Assembly: GCF_963921235.1 (NCBI RefSeq)
Contig: NC_086104.1
Location: 20,832,001-20,896,000, forward strand
DNA length: 64,000 nt
Reading direction: 5' to 3'
Origin: Mobula hypostoma
Lineage: Eukaryota
Below the pieces are notes generated by a model. The model had not been told where the DNA came from. It made no database searches and was given only the letters and a program-made list of their open reading frames with translations. Of the stretch, positions 35,265 to 47,769 are shown in pieces. Position 1 is the first letter of the stretch. Each line of letters begins with the position of its first letter. The translations under genes and the position numbers were made by a program.

Positions 35265-35720
35265 CTTCAAGGATGTTGCAGGGACTTGAGGGCCTGGGTT
35301 ACAGGGAAAAAATGAATTCATTAAGACTTTATTCCCTGGAGCGTATGAGAATGAGGGGAGATATTATAAAATAGATCTATAAGAAATTATGAATATAGAT
35401 ACAGTGAATTCTTGCAGGTTTTTGCCCCTCAGGTTCAGTGAGACTAAAAGTAGACGTCACAGGTTTAGGGCAAAAGGTACAATACTTAAGGGGAAACTAG
35501 GGGAACTTCTTCACTCAGAGGGTGGTGGAAGTGTGGAACAAGCTGCAGTGGAAGCAGCAGATACAGGTTCAGTTGTCACATTTGAGAAGTTTTGATAGGT
35601 ACATGGAAAGACGAAAGGTATGAGAGCTATGGCCCAGTGCAGGTAGATGGGACTAGGCAGGAAAGGCTGGCATGGTCTGGATGGGCTGAAAAGCCTGTTT
35701 GAGCTGTAGTACTCTATTGA
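35265..35720 (+). mobile_element. CR1 3' fragment
   Basis: LYSLERMRMRG...HRF; CR1 3' tail. Confidence 0.7.
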
Positions 35721-35789
35721 CTAGGACTCAACCTGTAAGTTCACTTTTGCAGCTCTGATACCTGAATTCTCTCCCCATCTGTAAACAAT

Positions 35790-36390
35790 TTGGATTTGAG
35801 TGGAGCACCAACACAGAGGCTATGTACCAGAAGGGCCAGAATCACCTCTACTTCCTGAGGAGTCCACGGTCTTTCGGAGTGTGCAGACCCTCCTTCACAT
35901 GTTCTACAAGCCTGTTACACCAGTACAATCTTCTATCCAGTGGTGTGCTGAGCAACAATATCAACACAGGTGAAGCCAACAGGTTCAATAAACTGATTGG
36001 AAAGGCTAGCTCTGTTATACGAGTCAAACTGGATACACTGGTGGCTGAGGTAGAACAAAGGACCCTCCGGAAAATCCTGGCAATTCTGGACAATGCTTCT
36101 CACCCTCTGCATGCCACCTTGGCTGAACAGAGGAGCACTTTCAGTAACAGACTAAGGTAACTGCGCTGCTCCAAAGAGCATTATATGAGGTCATTCTTAC
36201 CCTTGGCCATTAGGCTCTATAGTGAGTCAACCTATAGCCAGGGAAGTGATGACCCCCTTCTGTTAGACTGTTTGAGCAACTGATTTTTCATTCTTTCTTA
36301 CTTCTCTTTAATATGTGCATCTGTATATCTGTGCACTTGCAATGCTATTGTGGCAATGTACTTTCCTTTGGGATCAAAAAAATGTATTTG
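35790..36390 (+). mobile_element. Rex1/Babar 3' fragment, same family as 15270-15900
   Basis: KGQNHLYFLRS...ILDNASHPLH. Confidence 0.85.
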
Positions 36391-36756
36391 AAAAATAGCC
36401 TATACTTTTATGCCTTCTACAAAAGGACATGACCATTCACTTCCCTACACTGCATTCCATCTTCCACATTTGCCCATTCTCCCAATCTGTCCAAGTCCTT
36501 CTCCAGACTCCCTGTTTCCTCAACACTAGCTGCCCCTCCACCTGTTTCGTATCATCTGGGGTGAGAAGGGAGCTTTTATCTCAAGCTCCCTAATCATTGC
36601 ACAATATCAAATCTAGAAATGCCTTTTCTCTCATGGGCTCAAACACAAGTTGCTCTTAAAAACCATCTCATATGACTTCTACAAATACTTTCTCTTGAGA
36701 ATCAGTGCCAACTTGATTTCCCAGTCTCCCATAACTACAATAACATTGTCTTTCTT

Positions 36757-36943
36757 ACATAGAACAGTACAGCACAGTACAGTCCCTTCGGCCCACAATG
36801 TTGTGCCAACCCTTAAACCCTGCCTCCTATATACCCCCCCACCTTAAATTCCTCCATATACCTGTCTAGTAGTCTCTTAAATTTCACTCGTGTATCTGCC
36901 TCCACTACTGACTCAGGCAGTGTATTCCACGCACCAATCACTC
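36757..36943 (-). mobile_element. Young CR1 3' end, within older minus-strand CR1 debris (~36400-37070)
   Basis: RVIGAWNTLPESVVEA; reverse complement of 46089-46275. Confidence 0.8.
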
Positions 36944-38410
36944 TGTTTTCTATCTCCTGCTGTAATTTGTACTCTACATCTAGGCTATGATTCAGAGGCC
37001 TATACATAAATCCCAAAAGTTTTATACCCCTTGCAGTTTCTTAATGTTACCCACAAGGATTCTGTATCCCCATCTTTCAGTTCAATATTGTGACATCTTC
37101 TGATTTATATTTTGATAATACAAGAGACTAGTCTGGAACTGAGGTATTAAAAATGCATAGATCTAATCAGCATTGAATGTAAACAGACCTTGGGCTGTGG
37201 TTTGGAGGATGCACAAATTTTGCAACATGAATTACAATATTACTGCTTCCTCTCCACATTTATCTCTTAGGGCATCATGGATGTGACAGTGTAATGGGAA
37301 AACAGAAGTTACTTTTGAAGATGCTGGCCATGTTGGAACAAGAAAGAAACATGCAAGGCAGGGGAAAACCACTGAGGCAAAGTAAAGAGTACATTGTCTG
37401 CAAGATAGAATCAGGAGATAAGCAAGATGCATTACACAAGATGGCATCAGAAAGAGACAATGCAGCAGATGAAATAATAGTACAGGAAAGATCCACAGAA
37501 AAGTTACCTCATAACTAAAAGACAAAAATTAAAATCATTTATTGCAGACAAATCGGCACATGAATGACAACATATTTTCAAAGAAATACCATCTACTAGA
37601 ATTTGTTTCTCAGACTGTAAATTTACAATCAGATATGTTTATTGATCTATGTAGTCCTCTTCACATATAGGTTTTCATATAATGGAAGAACCAGACGTCA
37701 AACTGGAAATATTTCTGGTGTATTAATTCTTTTTTTTAAAAAAACTGCTTCCTCTCCACATTTATGTTTTACAAGCGGCTAAGACTTCAAATCACAACCA
37801 CCTATAGCTATAGACAAGTGTGTCCCTACAAAATCATTCAATCTTCCCCGATCAGAAGCCCTGAATGAACCATGAGATCCGAAATCTGCTTACAGCCAGG
37901 TCAGAGGCGACTTGGTCTGGTGACCAAGAAGGTTACAAGACGTCCAAGTATGGTCTCTGGAAAGCCATCTCACAGGCGAAGTGGAAATTCCAGACCAAAC
38001 CCGAATCAAAGGAAACTCGACAGTTGTGGCAGGGTTTGAATACTACCACCTATTAAAATTAAATGACAGCAGTGCTTCGCTTCAAGATGAGTTCAATGAC
38101 TTATATGCTCACTTTGACCATCTAATCATGGGAGAACCATCATAAACTCCCCACATCCCCTGATGACCCTACGTTTTCAGCCCCTGAAGCCGCTGTGCGA
38201 GCTGCCTTCAGGAGGGTGAACCCACAAAAAGCATCCAGCCCAAACGGGGTACTAAGCACCTGTGCTGATCAACTGGTTGATGAGTTCACCAAGTTCTTTA
38301 CCCTCTTGCTTCAGCATTGAGAGGTACCCACCTGCTTTAAATAGACTTCAATCATACCAATGCCCAAGAGCTTGGTGACCGGCCACAATGACTGTCGCTC
38401 AGTAGCACTT

Positions 38411-39470
38411 AGTTGCAAGAAACAGTTTGTGAACCCTTTGCAATTACCTGGTTTTCTGCATTGATTACTCATAAAATGTGATCTCTTCTTTACCCAAGTC
38501 ACAATAATAGACAAACACAATCTGCCTAAACCAATTACACAAACAATTGTACTACTTGACAATACCGAGTACACCATTTAAGCAATCACAGTCTAGGTTC
38601 ATAAAAAGTATGTGAACCTCTGGAGTAATGCCTTCTACAGAAGCTATTTGGAATCAGGTGTTCCAATCATGAGTTGAGATTGGAAGTGTGGGTTGCAGAG
38701 GTGTCCTGCCCTATAAAGACGACAAAGTCAGGTTACTGACAGAGCCTTCTCTTCTCAAGAAAGATCTATTTATGTGCATCATGCCTCAATCAAAACAGCT
38801 TGCAATCATTGAGGGAACAATGAATTCAATATTGTATCAAGGTATGTTACAGGAGAATGTTAGAGTAACAGTCCATTGACTGAAACTCAAGAGAAGTTGG
38901 ATGTTGCAACAAGACAATGACCTGAAGCACAAGAGTAAATCAACAAAAGAATGGTTTAAAAAGAAGAAAATTCATGTTTTGGAATGGCCAAGTTAAGAGT
39001 CCAACCTTAACAGAATTGAAATGCTGTGGCATGACCTGAAGAGGGCTGTTCATGCAAAGTATCCAAGAAGCATTGAATTGAAACAGTTTTGTATGGAGGA
39101 ATGGTCTAAAATTCCTCCTGACTGTTGTGCAACTGTGATCAGTAGCTACAGGAGCTGTTTGGTGGAGGTTACTGCTGCTAAAGGAGGTTCTACACAAGGG
39201 TTCACATACTTTCTCCAACTAGACTGTGTTCAATAAAGACATGAAAAGTACAAATGTTTGTGTGTTATTAGTTTAGGCAGCACACACAAAATGCTGGAGG
39301 AACTCAGCAGACCAGGCAGCATCTATGGAAAAGAGTACAGTTGACGATTCACGCCAAGACCCTTCAGCAGATTGTGTGTCTGTTAGATGAAGATCAGACC
39401 ACATTTTATGAGTATTTAATGCAGAAAATCAGGTACTTGCGAAAGGTTAACGAACACTTTCTTACAACTG
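38411..39470 (+). mobile_element. Tc1/mariner non-autonomous element with long TIRs
   Basis: Ends gttgcaagaaa...tgtgaaccc / ttcttacaactg-TA; QQDND..H and WPS*SP...IEMLW remnants. Confidence 0.85.
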
Positions 39471-40179
39471 TATACCCATAGTGATCAAGTGGTTTGAGAG
39501 CTTAGTGATGAAACATAGCAATTCCTGCCTGAGAAACAACTTATATCTGCTCTAATTGGTCTACTGGAGCTAAAGGTCCACAGTAGATGCCATCTCATTG
39601 ACTTTTCACTCAACCCTGGAACATCTGGACAGCAAAGATACATACATCAGAATGTTCTTTATTGACTCTTGCTCAGCATTCAATACTATCTTCCCCTCAA
39701 AACTAATCAATAAGCTCCAAGACCTAGCTTCAAATACCTCCTTGTATAATTGGATCCTCAATTTCCTCACTTGCAGACCCCAGTCCACAATCTCCATCAG
39801 CACAGGTGTACCACATGGCTGTGTGCTTAGTCCCCTGCTCTACTCGCTTTACACTTACGACTGTGTGGCTGAGCACATCTCCAATACCATGCTCAAGTCT
39901 GCTAATGACAACACCGTTGTAGGCCAAATCAAAGGTGTTGATGTATCAGCATATAGGAGGGAGACTGAAAATCTGGCTGAGTGTTGGCATAACAATCTCT
40001 CTCTCAATGTCAGCAACTATGAAGAAAGCATGACAGCACCTCTACTTTCTTCGGAGTTTGCAAAGATTCAGCAGGATATCCAAAACTTTGTCAAAACTTC
40101 TATAGATGTGCTGTGGAGAATGGATTGCCTGGTTACATCAACTCCCAACGCAGTAGAATCGCCAAGTCCATCATGGGTA

Positions 40180-40281
40180 CGGGAGGGAACGTCGACTCAG
40201 ACCATGAGAGGCCTGCTTCAGGCATTTTCATGCCTTACAAGGCGCAGACTGGAAGTCTGTGTGGGGCGCCACTCCTCGCAC
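40180..40281 (-). mobile_element. 5'-truncated copy of the SINE at 53129-53359
   Basis: TSD catgggta; near-identical to 53129-53230. Confidence 0.8.
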
Positions 40282-41177
40282 CATGGGTAAAGCCCTCCCA
40301 ACCACTGAGCACATCGGCATGAAAGGCCGTCACAGGAAAGCAGTATTCATCACCAGGGACACCCACCACCCACGACATGCTCTCTGCTCACGGTTGCCAT
40401 TAGAATAAAGGTACAAAAGCCTCTGAAACCACCAGGTTAAGCAACAGTTACTACCCCTCAGCCCTCAGGCTCTTGAACCAAAGGTGATCACTTCACTCAA
40501 CTTCACTTCCCCCATCAATGAAATATTCCCACAACCTATAAAATCACTTTCAAGGACTCTTCATCTTATCTTCTCGATATTTATAGCTTATTTATTATTG
40601 TTTCTTCTTTTCGCATTTGCACCGTTTGTCATCTCTGACTCTGGTTGAATGCCCTCGTTGAGCAGTCTTTCATCGATTCTGTTATAATTATTCTACAGAT
40701 TGTTGAGTATGCCCACAAGAAAAAGCATCTCAGGGATGTATATGGTAACATAAATGTACTTTGATAATAAAGTTTACTTCGAACTTTGATTCACAGTACA
40801 AGTCTGACAATGATCTAAAGTGAGTTGTTTTAAAACAATGTCAAAAAAATTGGGATTGGCTGAGAGTGGAGATGATGAGACACTAACATGGAATGGAAGG
40901 AAAACAAACCACTTCATTCCTGCTGCTACCCAAAACCAGTTGGTGGTGCGCAAACATGGACGTGAACTTGGACTCCATCAAGAAACAACATATTGCATTA
41001 TGACAAATTAATCCAATTTCTATTCCAATAAAAGGAACAACTTAAAAGCAAACAAAATGAGTTCAATAGATCTTAAACAGATAATAAAAATAACACGATA
41101 GAAGCAAGATAGTTTAATGTTAACAAAGAATGCATGGCAGCAGTCAGCTTCTTAAATGCAAAATTTGTGGAATTGTT

Positions 41178-41445
41178 AAACAAGAGAAAATCTGCAGATA
41201 CTAGAAATCCAGGCAACACACAAAATGCTGAAGGAACTCAGCAGGTCAGGCAGTCTATGGAAAAAAAGTACAGTCAACGTTTTGGGACAAGACCCTTCAG
41301 CAGGACTGGAGAAAAAAAAGATGAGTTCTGTGGGCAAAAACGACTTGTTAGTGAGAGATACTAATGCCTTGTTAGTGAGGGTCTTGGCCTGAAATGTGGA
41401 CTGTACTTTTTTCCCCATAGATGCTGCCTGGTCTGCTAAGTTTTG
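41178..41445. mobile_element. Penelope-like terminal repeats in inverted arrangement (decayed hammerheads)
   Basis: Minus copy 41178-41320 and plus copy 41371-41445. Confidence 0.7.
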
Positions 41446-41449
41446 GGGG

Positions 41450-41451
<2 letters not shown>

Positions 41452-41507
<56 letters not shown>
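41452..41507. repeat. (GT)n microsatellite, about 28 units
   Basis: Directly visible. Confidence 0.97.
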
Positions 41508-41510
<3 letters not shown>

Positions 41511-41743
41511 TCTTAGTCACATTTTACTTCACATAATCTGCTGACAGCAACTTTAAAGATGACTCAAGTGCACATCACCAGAAGTACCGTACCCAATCAT
41601 GAATAAAAGTGAACCTGAAATATTTCAAACATTGCACCTGAACCTAAAGTTATATCATACAAGAAACATCAAACTCAATAGAAAAGCATTAAAACTAAAG
41701 TATTTAAAAATGTATGAGACAAAGTTGTGAATAAAACTCTTAC

Positions 41744-43141
41744 CATATGTGCAAGCACAAAGTCTGTCTGTTCCAGAACAGTACACCACTGAGATAAAAG
41801 GATCTAGTTCATTACTGCTCTCTTTTCTAGGTGGTTCCACTTTAACTAAAGTTTCAAAGTTTGAGAGATCTAAGATTTTTATAAATCCTCCCTGAGTAGT
41901 AACCACTAAATGCCCAAGATTGGAAGCATCAGATTTCTTTTCTCTCACAATTCCATTTCTTGAAGTCAATGGAGCTTCATCTATTATTTCCTCACAGTCA
42001 TCGTCTCTATTATCCAAAACATCTGGTGGAAGTAATATTAGTGAGGTAATTGCATCCTGTGGATCCTTGATATGTTGGACTTTAACAGGCTGCTCTTCTA
42101 AAGTTACTATACGTGTGCTGTAGTTCATCTTATAAAGCAGAAGATAACCACCACTCAAAGTTCTTTGCTCAGGCTGGATAATTAGTGGAGTTTGTGCATC
42201 AGTGGGCGACTCCTCCTGAAGAAAACCAATGTCTGAATTAATCCCAATGGTTAGGTTGGATTCTAAATCTCCTTTACTTCTGTTACACAATGCAGAGTTC
42301 AATTTATTTAAATTATTCAAGGCCTCTACTTGACTTATTGCACTCAAGGATGTAACAGGACAAGTCCGTAGTCCTATCAAGAGATGAATTCCATCAGCAC
42401 AGGGTGTAATAGAATCAATGTGGAGATTCTCCTCTTCAGTAAACTTTGGCAGCCGCAGACAATGGACAAGGGCACCAGGTTTTGGAACCACTGAGCTCCA
42501 TTTATCAGAGTCTACAGAGGCAAGATTAGCTGCAGCATCTGCAAACTGTTGAATATATGTCATGGGTGGGTCCTGCAACAACAGTTGTTCTTGGCTATCC
42601 AATTCCATTTCTATTATCTGTGGTACTGTGAAACCTTCATCATGTAAACCTTTACCTACTAAATTGTTCATTTGTGCAAAAACTTTACCTGCCTTTTCGT
42701 CTGACTCTTTAATGCTATAAAGCAATAATAGAGGCAAAGTCCTTTTTATTATGGGTGAACTTAATTCAGAGTTACTGCCAGATTCATTGTCCATAGTCAC
42801 TTGGTCAGATACACTTTCACCTCGAGTCCTGCTTAAAGAGTCCAAGGACCTACGTGACTGAGTACTTATTGGCGAAGAAGCAGCGGATTTGTAAGATAAT
42901 AAAACTCCTGCTAATAAACAAGGAAAGGGAATGTTGTGCTGCTCAGTGTGCTTCTCCTTTGTTTTTTCACTCTTGTTATTGATAGTGGACGTGTTGGCAC
43001 CCAGCTCCTCCAAATCCTTAACTGTATCCTCAAGAACAGTTGCCACTATTTCCCACTGAAGTTTTTCAGGTTGCTGCAGAATACTCAATGCCGTCACATC
43101 TATACTGATGTCCATGCTACATTCCTTCTGAGATGTTTGCC
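41744..43141 (-). CDS. BIRC6: BIRC6 large coding exon (~exon 10), 1398 nt
   Basis: ttag|GG...G|gtaaga; core of ORF 41655..43148 (LQQPEKLQWEIV...YCSGTDRLCACT). Confidence 0.97.
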
Positions 43142-43529
43142 CTAACAAAACAAAATTCTCAGGTTATTATAAAATAATAACACAACTGCAAGAACAGTAA
43201 CATCACCATGATATAACAATAAGAGGGTAGAACTATCACATCAGTTTTCAAATTTGACATTAACATGGCGTCGAACGACCTTTGCTCCCCTCAAATGGAA
43301 GACATGCAACTCTCTCCAAAGCAAATTGTGGTATACATCTTACTGCACTATCTCAATCTAAAATCATTTACCATAAGTTTCTACAATTTAAAGTGTACAT
43401 GTAGACATTATATACCAGCAACCCACTTTTTACATCATCCAATTCATTTAAAGAGTGAACAAAAAATAAAGAGGGGACAGTAGCTAATTAGCACTAATCA
43501 AGCTCACTCAAAAAGCAAAGCAAATGACC

Positions 43530-43715
43530 ACGTAACATTCTGGTAGAGGGATAAATCCTGTCCAGAACAATCAGGAAATCTCCCCTGCTCTTATCCAAGG
43601 AGCACCACAGGATCTTTTATGTTGGCCCAAATGGCAAAGAGCTGCAAAATAGCACATCCAATAGTGCATCATTCCCTCTGTCCTACACTGGAGCTGTGAC
43701 TGAGGTAATTTTATA
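43530..43715 (-). mobile_element. Ancient Deu-domain SINE (SacSINE1/AmnSINE1-like) remnant
   Basis: Reverse complement ...aaaagatcctgtggtgc...aagagcaggggagatt...gttctggacaggatttatccctc resembles the recalled Deu-domain consensus. Confidence 0.55.
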
Positions 43716-44099
43716 GCACAAAAACACATAGTCCATCAAAAGCGCTTTAAAGTTAAATCAACCCACACTGCAGTCATCAGATGTGCCTACACAGGAATGA
43801 ACTTCGACAGCATGCACTCGCTGGAAAAGTCTTATGGTTTCAGATGAAGAGTTGTGTGCTAGTCTGGCATTACATGCTTTCACTTTCCACAGATACAGTT
43901 AACACATTTTTAATGAAATTACTAGCAAAAATTAGATTATTCCCTTGAGGCCGATAAAAACCCATTCATCACAAGAGCTGATGCAGGTTCTGAGTAGCTC
44001 TAAAAATTCTCTGCTGCATTGAAGTATGACTGGCAGGAACCCAACACCAATAACAAGTAATGACAATTTGCAAAGGGAATGTTCCAATTTTGACCATAC

Positions 44100-44158
44100 C
44101 TGTAGCTGAATCTGTTCTGGAATGCTCTTCACTGTCAGAATCTTCCAGCTGATCATCA
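44100..44158 (-). CDS. BIRC6: BIRC6 coding exon (~exon 9), 59 nt
   Basis: caaag|T...G|gtatgg; DDQLEDSDSEEHSRTDSAT. Confidence 0.93.
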
Positions 44159-44300
44159 CTTTGAGAAACAAGACACATTGATGAAATACATTCCAAAGCA
44201 ATACAAGGCAATTGTAAGATTGTTTGGCACTTTATCATGAAAGTAAGCTGAGACAACAGTTCATGAAATACAAATTAAAACTTTTATGTTAGTTTATTAC

Positions 44301-44464
44301 CTGTCACCTTCTAATTTTGGTATGTCAGAACAACTGGAAGAGTCTTCCAACCATGCTAGAGACGGCCTCTGGGATTCACTAGCTGACCCATGTTCTACCC
44401 CAGGCAAAGAAATCAGCCTCAAAATTGCTGCATCATATGGATTGATGTCAAATTTCAAATGAAC
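44301..44464 (-). CDS. BIRC6: BIRC6 coding exon (~exon 8), 164 nt
   Basis: ttag|GTT...AG|gtaata; VHLKFDINPYDAAIL...LAWLEDSSSCSDIPKLEGD. Confidence 0.94.
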
Positions 44465-45879
44465 CTAAGTTTAAAAATAAATAGAAATGTGGCTCAATAT
44501 TCTGGTACAACATTCGTGAACTCCATTCCATATTGCCAAATTCGCAGAAGGCAAGTTCCAAAAACAATTCTTAGGGTTGGTAACCATTAAAAACATGCAA
44601 ATGCTATATTCTTTAAAAGGAAGGTATATCACTACAAGTTTTCCTCCAAGAAGCTGGTTTCAAAGTACCAGCGGACAGGCTGCGAGAGAGAAATCTATCC
44701 TCAGTTCAAGACAGCATCCAAAGATTTAAGATGGATTCTGGCTTTGTTTCTGCAAAAATTAACAGACATTACTCTTGGTACTTTATTCCATTTGCAAGCT
44801 TTACTGGAGAGTCCCTGCAGGCTTCTTCTTTCATGGAAGGGACTCTTGACAATTTAATTTCATGTGTAAATATTTGACTCAAATCAAACTGCTGCAGTTT
44901 TCCCAGAGTTTTATATTCTCTTTTACTTGAGCAGTGCCTCAGGAGTAAAGGGTAGCTTGCTTTCATCCTGGCTCTGTGGATTCCGAGGCAACTAATGAGA
45001 ATTACTTGGATGTTCAGATTCTGCCGTGGACGGGGTAAGTGGCTCGGTCTTTTCTCCAAGCTGCATGCTCCTCAAAACACCAAAGTTCTCAGTGCTACTC
45101 CAGATGTTCTTTCCACACTGCAATTGATCATTGGACATAAACTGATGTCAGATTTCAAGAGCTAATGCAAGTCTGTTTGCTTTCATAAGGAAGGTCGTTG
45201 GACATTTTTGAAGCATTCACTGTCCCCAGTTAATATGCTGCCCTGATAGAGCTCAGAACTGTTTGGGTAGTCTAATGTAAATGATGTTGCCCATTCAGAG
45301 ATAACTGTGTGGTTATAGCTTCCATGTTGGGAATTGCAACTTGGGAACAGCACAATCTTCCCAGTCTGGAGTACTTCGGTATATTTTGAGTACTTGCTGC
45401 AAGTAGCTCATATATATGAACTGTAAGAGTAGGAATCACTACTACTAGTCCTGCTAGTGGTGAGCTTTATTGGATTTAAGATCTTGATCGTCACATAAAC
45501 TTAACCTCCAATAACAAAGATTACACTGGGACACTGAAGCCAGTGATAAACTGCATTAATGACTACAAGATGGCTACCAAATAATGGGAAATGGCCTCAT
45601 TGTGGGTCTTTATTGTCAAAATGAGTGGGGGATGAGTAGTACAGTATAATCAGTAGGGGCAAGCTGGTAGAGAAACTTGGTTTGTTGTGTTCAGTCCAAC
45701 TTCAGATATTAAAATCTCTTATCACTATATAGACAACTATTTTATTTGCATCTCAAATCTAGTAAATATCTGCTTTTTTGAGCAAGTTTTACGGCCAAAG
45801 ATCAGGCAACTAGAGCAGTACTGGTATTTTTTCAAGAACACATGACAAAATAGTATGAGAGATTTAGGAAAATCTCCCC

Positions 45880-46278
45880 TTGCTAAGGGAGCTAGGGCTT
45901 TACTCTTTGGAGAGAAGGAGGATGAGAGGAGACATGATAGAGGTGTACAAAATAATAAGAGGAATAGATAGAGTGGATAGCCAGCGCCTCTTCCCCAGGG
46001 CACCACTGCTCAATACAAGAGGACATGGCTTTAAGGTAAGGGGTGGGAAGTTCAAGGGGGATATTAGAGGAAGTTTTTTTTTACTCAGAGAGTGGTTGGT
46101 GCATGGAATGCACTGCCTGAGTCAGTGGTGGAGGCAGATACACTAGTGAAGCTTAAGAGACTACTAGACAGGTATATGGAGGAATCTAAGGGGGGGGCTT
46201 ATATGGGAGGCAGGGTTTGAGGGTCGGCACAACACTGTGGGCCGAAGGGCCTGTACTGTGCTGTACTATTCTATGTTC
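45880..46278 (+). mobile_element. Young CR1 3' end
   Basis: LRELGLYSLERRRMRGDMIEVYKI...TRGHGFK; ctgtactattctatgttc tail. Confidence 0.9.
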
Positions 46279-47253
46279 CTTCCTCAAGATAGTGTCATGG
46301 GACTTTTTGCCTCCCATGGAAGCTTTCAGTTCACATTTCATCCTCAGTACAACATAATACAAATCATGCTTTGAATTCATCTCTAAACAAAAGAGATTCA
46401 CGACCTTCCAACTCAAAGCTGGAGAGCTAGCAGCAAATCATAGTTGACTTTGGTAACACAAATTTACCTTGAAGTGTCTAAAACTAAATTTTCTGCATAT
46501 AGATCAAGCAGCACCTAAGGATAGAAAATGCTGGGAACATCTACGGAAAGCAAAACAGAGCTAATGTTTCAGATCAAAGAGTTTTCATAGCATGTTTTTG
46601 ATAAAGGGTTGTTGACCCAAGACGTTAATTGTTCTAACATTTCCTGTTTTAATTTCAGATTTCTGAATGTACATTGAACCCATAAACACTATTTTATGAC
46701 TTTTTTTGCACTAATTTAAATATTAAAACTGCAGTTCAGCTTTTTTCCCCTCTATTATGTACTGCATTGTAATGCAAAGACAACAAATTTCATGCCAGTG
46801 ACATTAAACCTGATTCTAATTTTCAGGACACTGGGTAATATGTGACTCGTTACCAACATAAGCAGCACAAATGCGATGCAGTGATAACCATCACAATACG
46901 CGTACTTTTCCTGGGTTCTGATAAATGATGTTTGCATGTAAACAAGCAAATATAGAAGTGAAAGGTAGCATGGAGAAAGAAACTGAAAGCAGAAGAGCAG
47001 TAATTTTCAGTAGCCAATTAACTAACGACCAGGTAAGTGACAAATGAATCAAAGAAAAATTAATCAAAGAACTTGAGAAAGATTCACAAGGACATTGTAC
47101 AATACAAATACTGTGGAGAAAGACCATCATCCTGGCCGGTTTTGCAATCATATGTAATTAGTCACTTCTCCACTGCCTACTGACTTTCCCCATCAAACTG
47201 AAACCTTTAAGAACATACGCTGCAGCATCAATGAAGTCAATCATAAAAAATAC

Positions 47254-47476
47254 CTTCATTATTTTGGAAACGTCCCATACACAGATCTTGCCATGCCTTG
47301 TTGAAGCAGCTAGGAAATGAGGGCAACTTCCAAAGCCAACACATGCTATTCGATCAGGGACATCTATGCTGGGAAACTGTGCAGGACTTGTTGCCAACGT
47401 AATGGACAGTGGCACGTTTTGTGTGTGTTCACCTTTCACAAATGGACAGTTGGGAGAATGCCGCTCATGTTCAGAC
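47254..47476 (-). CDS. BIRC6: BIRC6 coding exon (~exon 7), BIR His/Cys ligands, 223 nt
   Basis: atag|G...AAG|gtattt; SEHERHSPNCPFVKGEHTQNVPL...WDVSKIMK completes C-X2-C-X16-H-X6-C. Confidence 0.96.
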
Positions 47477-47769
47477 CTATGTCATATGTATTAAACAAAA
47501 GTAAAAGATGTCAAGAATGCAGATGTAATAAGCAAAATAAAGATAACTTACAATTGCTATTTTGTGAAGCTTAATTACGTTGTTTCAATAGTGGCATAAT
47601 ATTTATTACATTTGCAACAGCAATATTTACTGACTATAATCTTTGTATTTAACAACAAAACACTGCAATGCAACATCAAGCTACGCAAGAAATGTATTAA
47701 GATTTTAGGAAGTTAAATTAAAACAGCACCCTTGAGGATTATGAAGAAGCCAGAAAAAAAAAGGGGAGG

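Larger units (their letters stand above)
37800..40790 (+). mobile_element. Rex1/Babar fragment split by Tc1 and SINE insertions
   Basis: KP*MNHEIR...VAL|PIVIKWFE...[11 protein letters not shown]...[13 protein letters not shown]; Rex1 tail at ~40725-40790. Confidence 0.8.

Noticed and set aside
41270-41308. Hammerhead motif on minus strand
   Set aside because: Core mutated (CUGCUGA; GAAA changed to AAAA), predicted inactive; likewise the copies near 39337-39370 and 56450-56486
41176-41520. ORF with a THTHTH repeat
   Set aside because: Translation of the (GT)n microsatellite plus Penelope debris
41655-43148. 497-aa ORF as a standalone gene
   Set aside because: It is the large BIRC6 exon; both ORF ends run into intron past canonical splice sites
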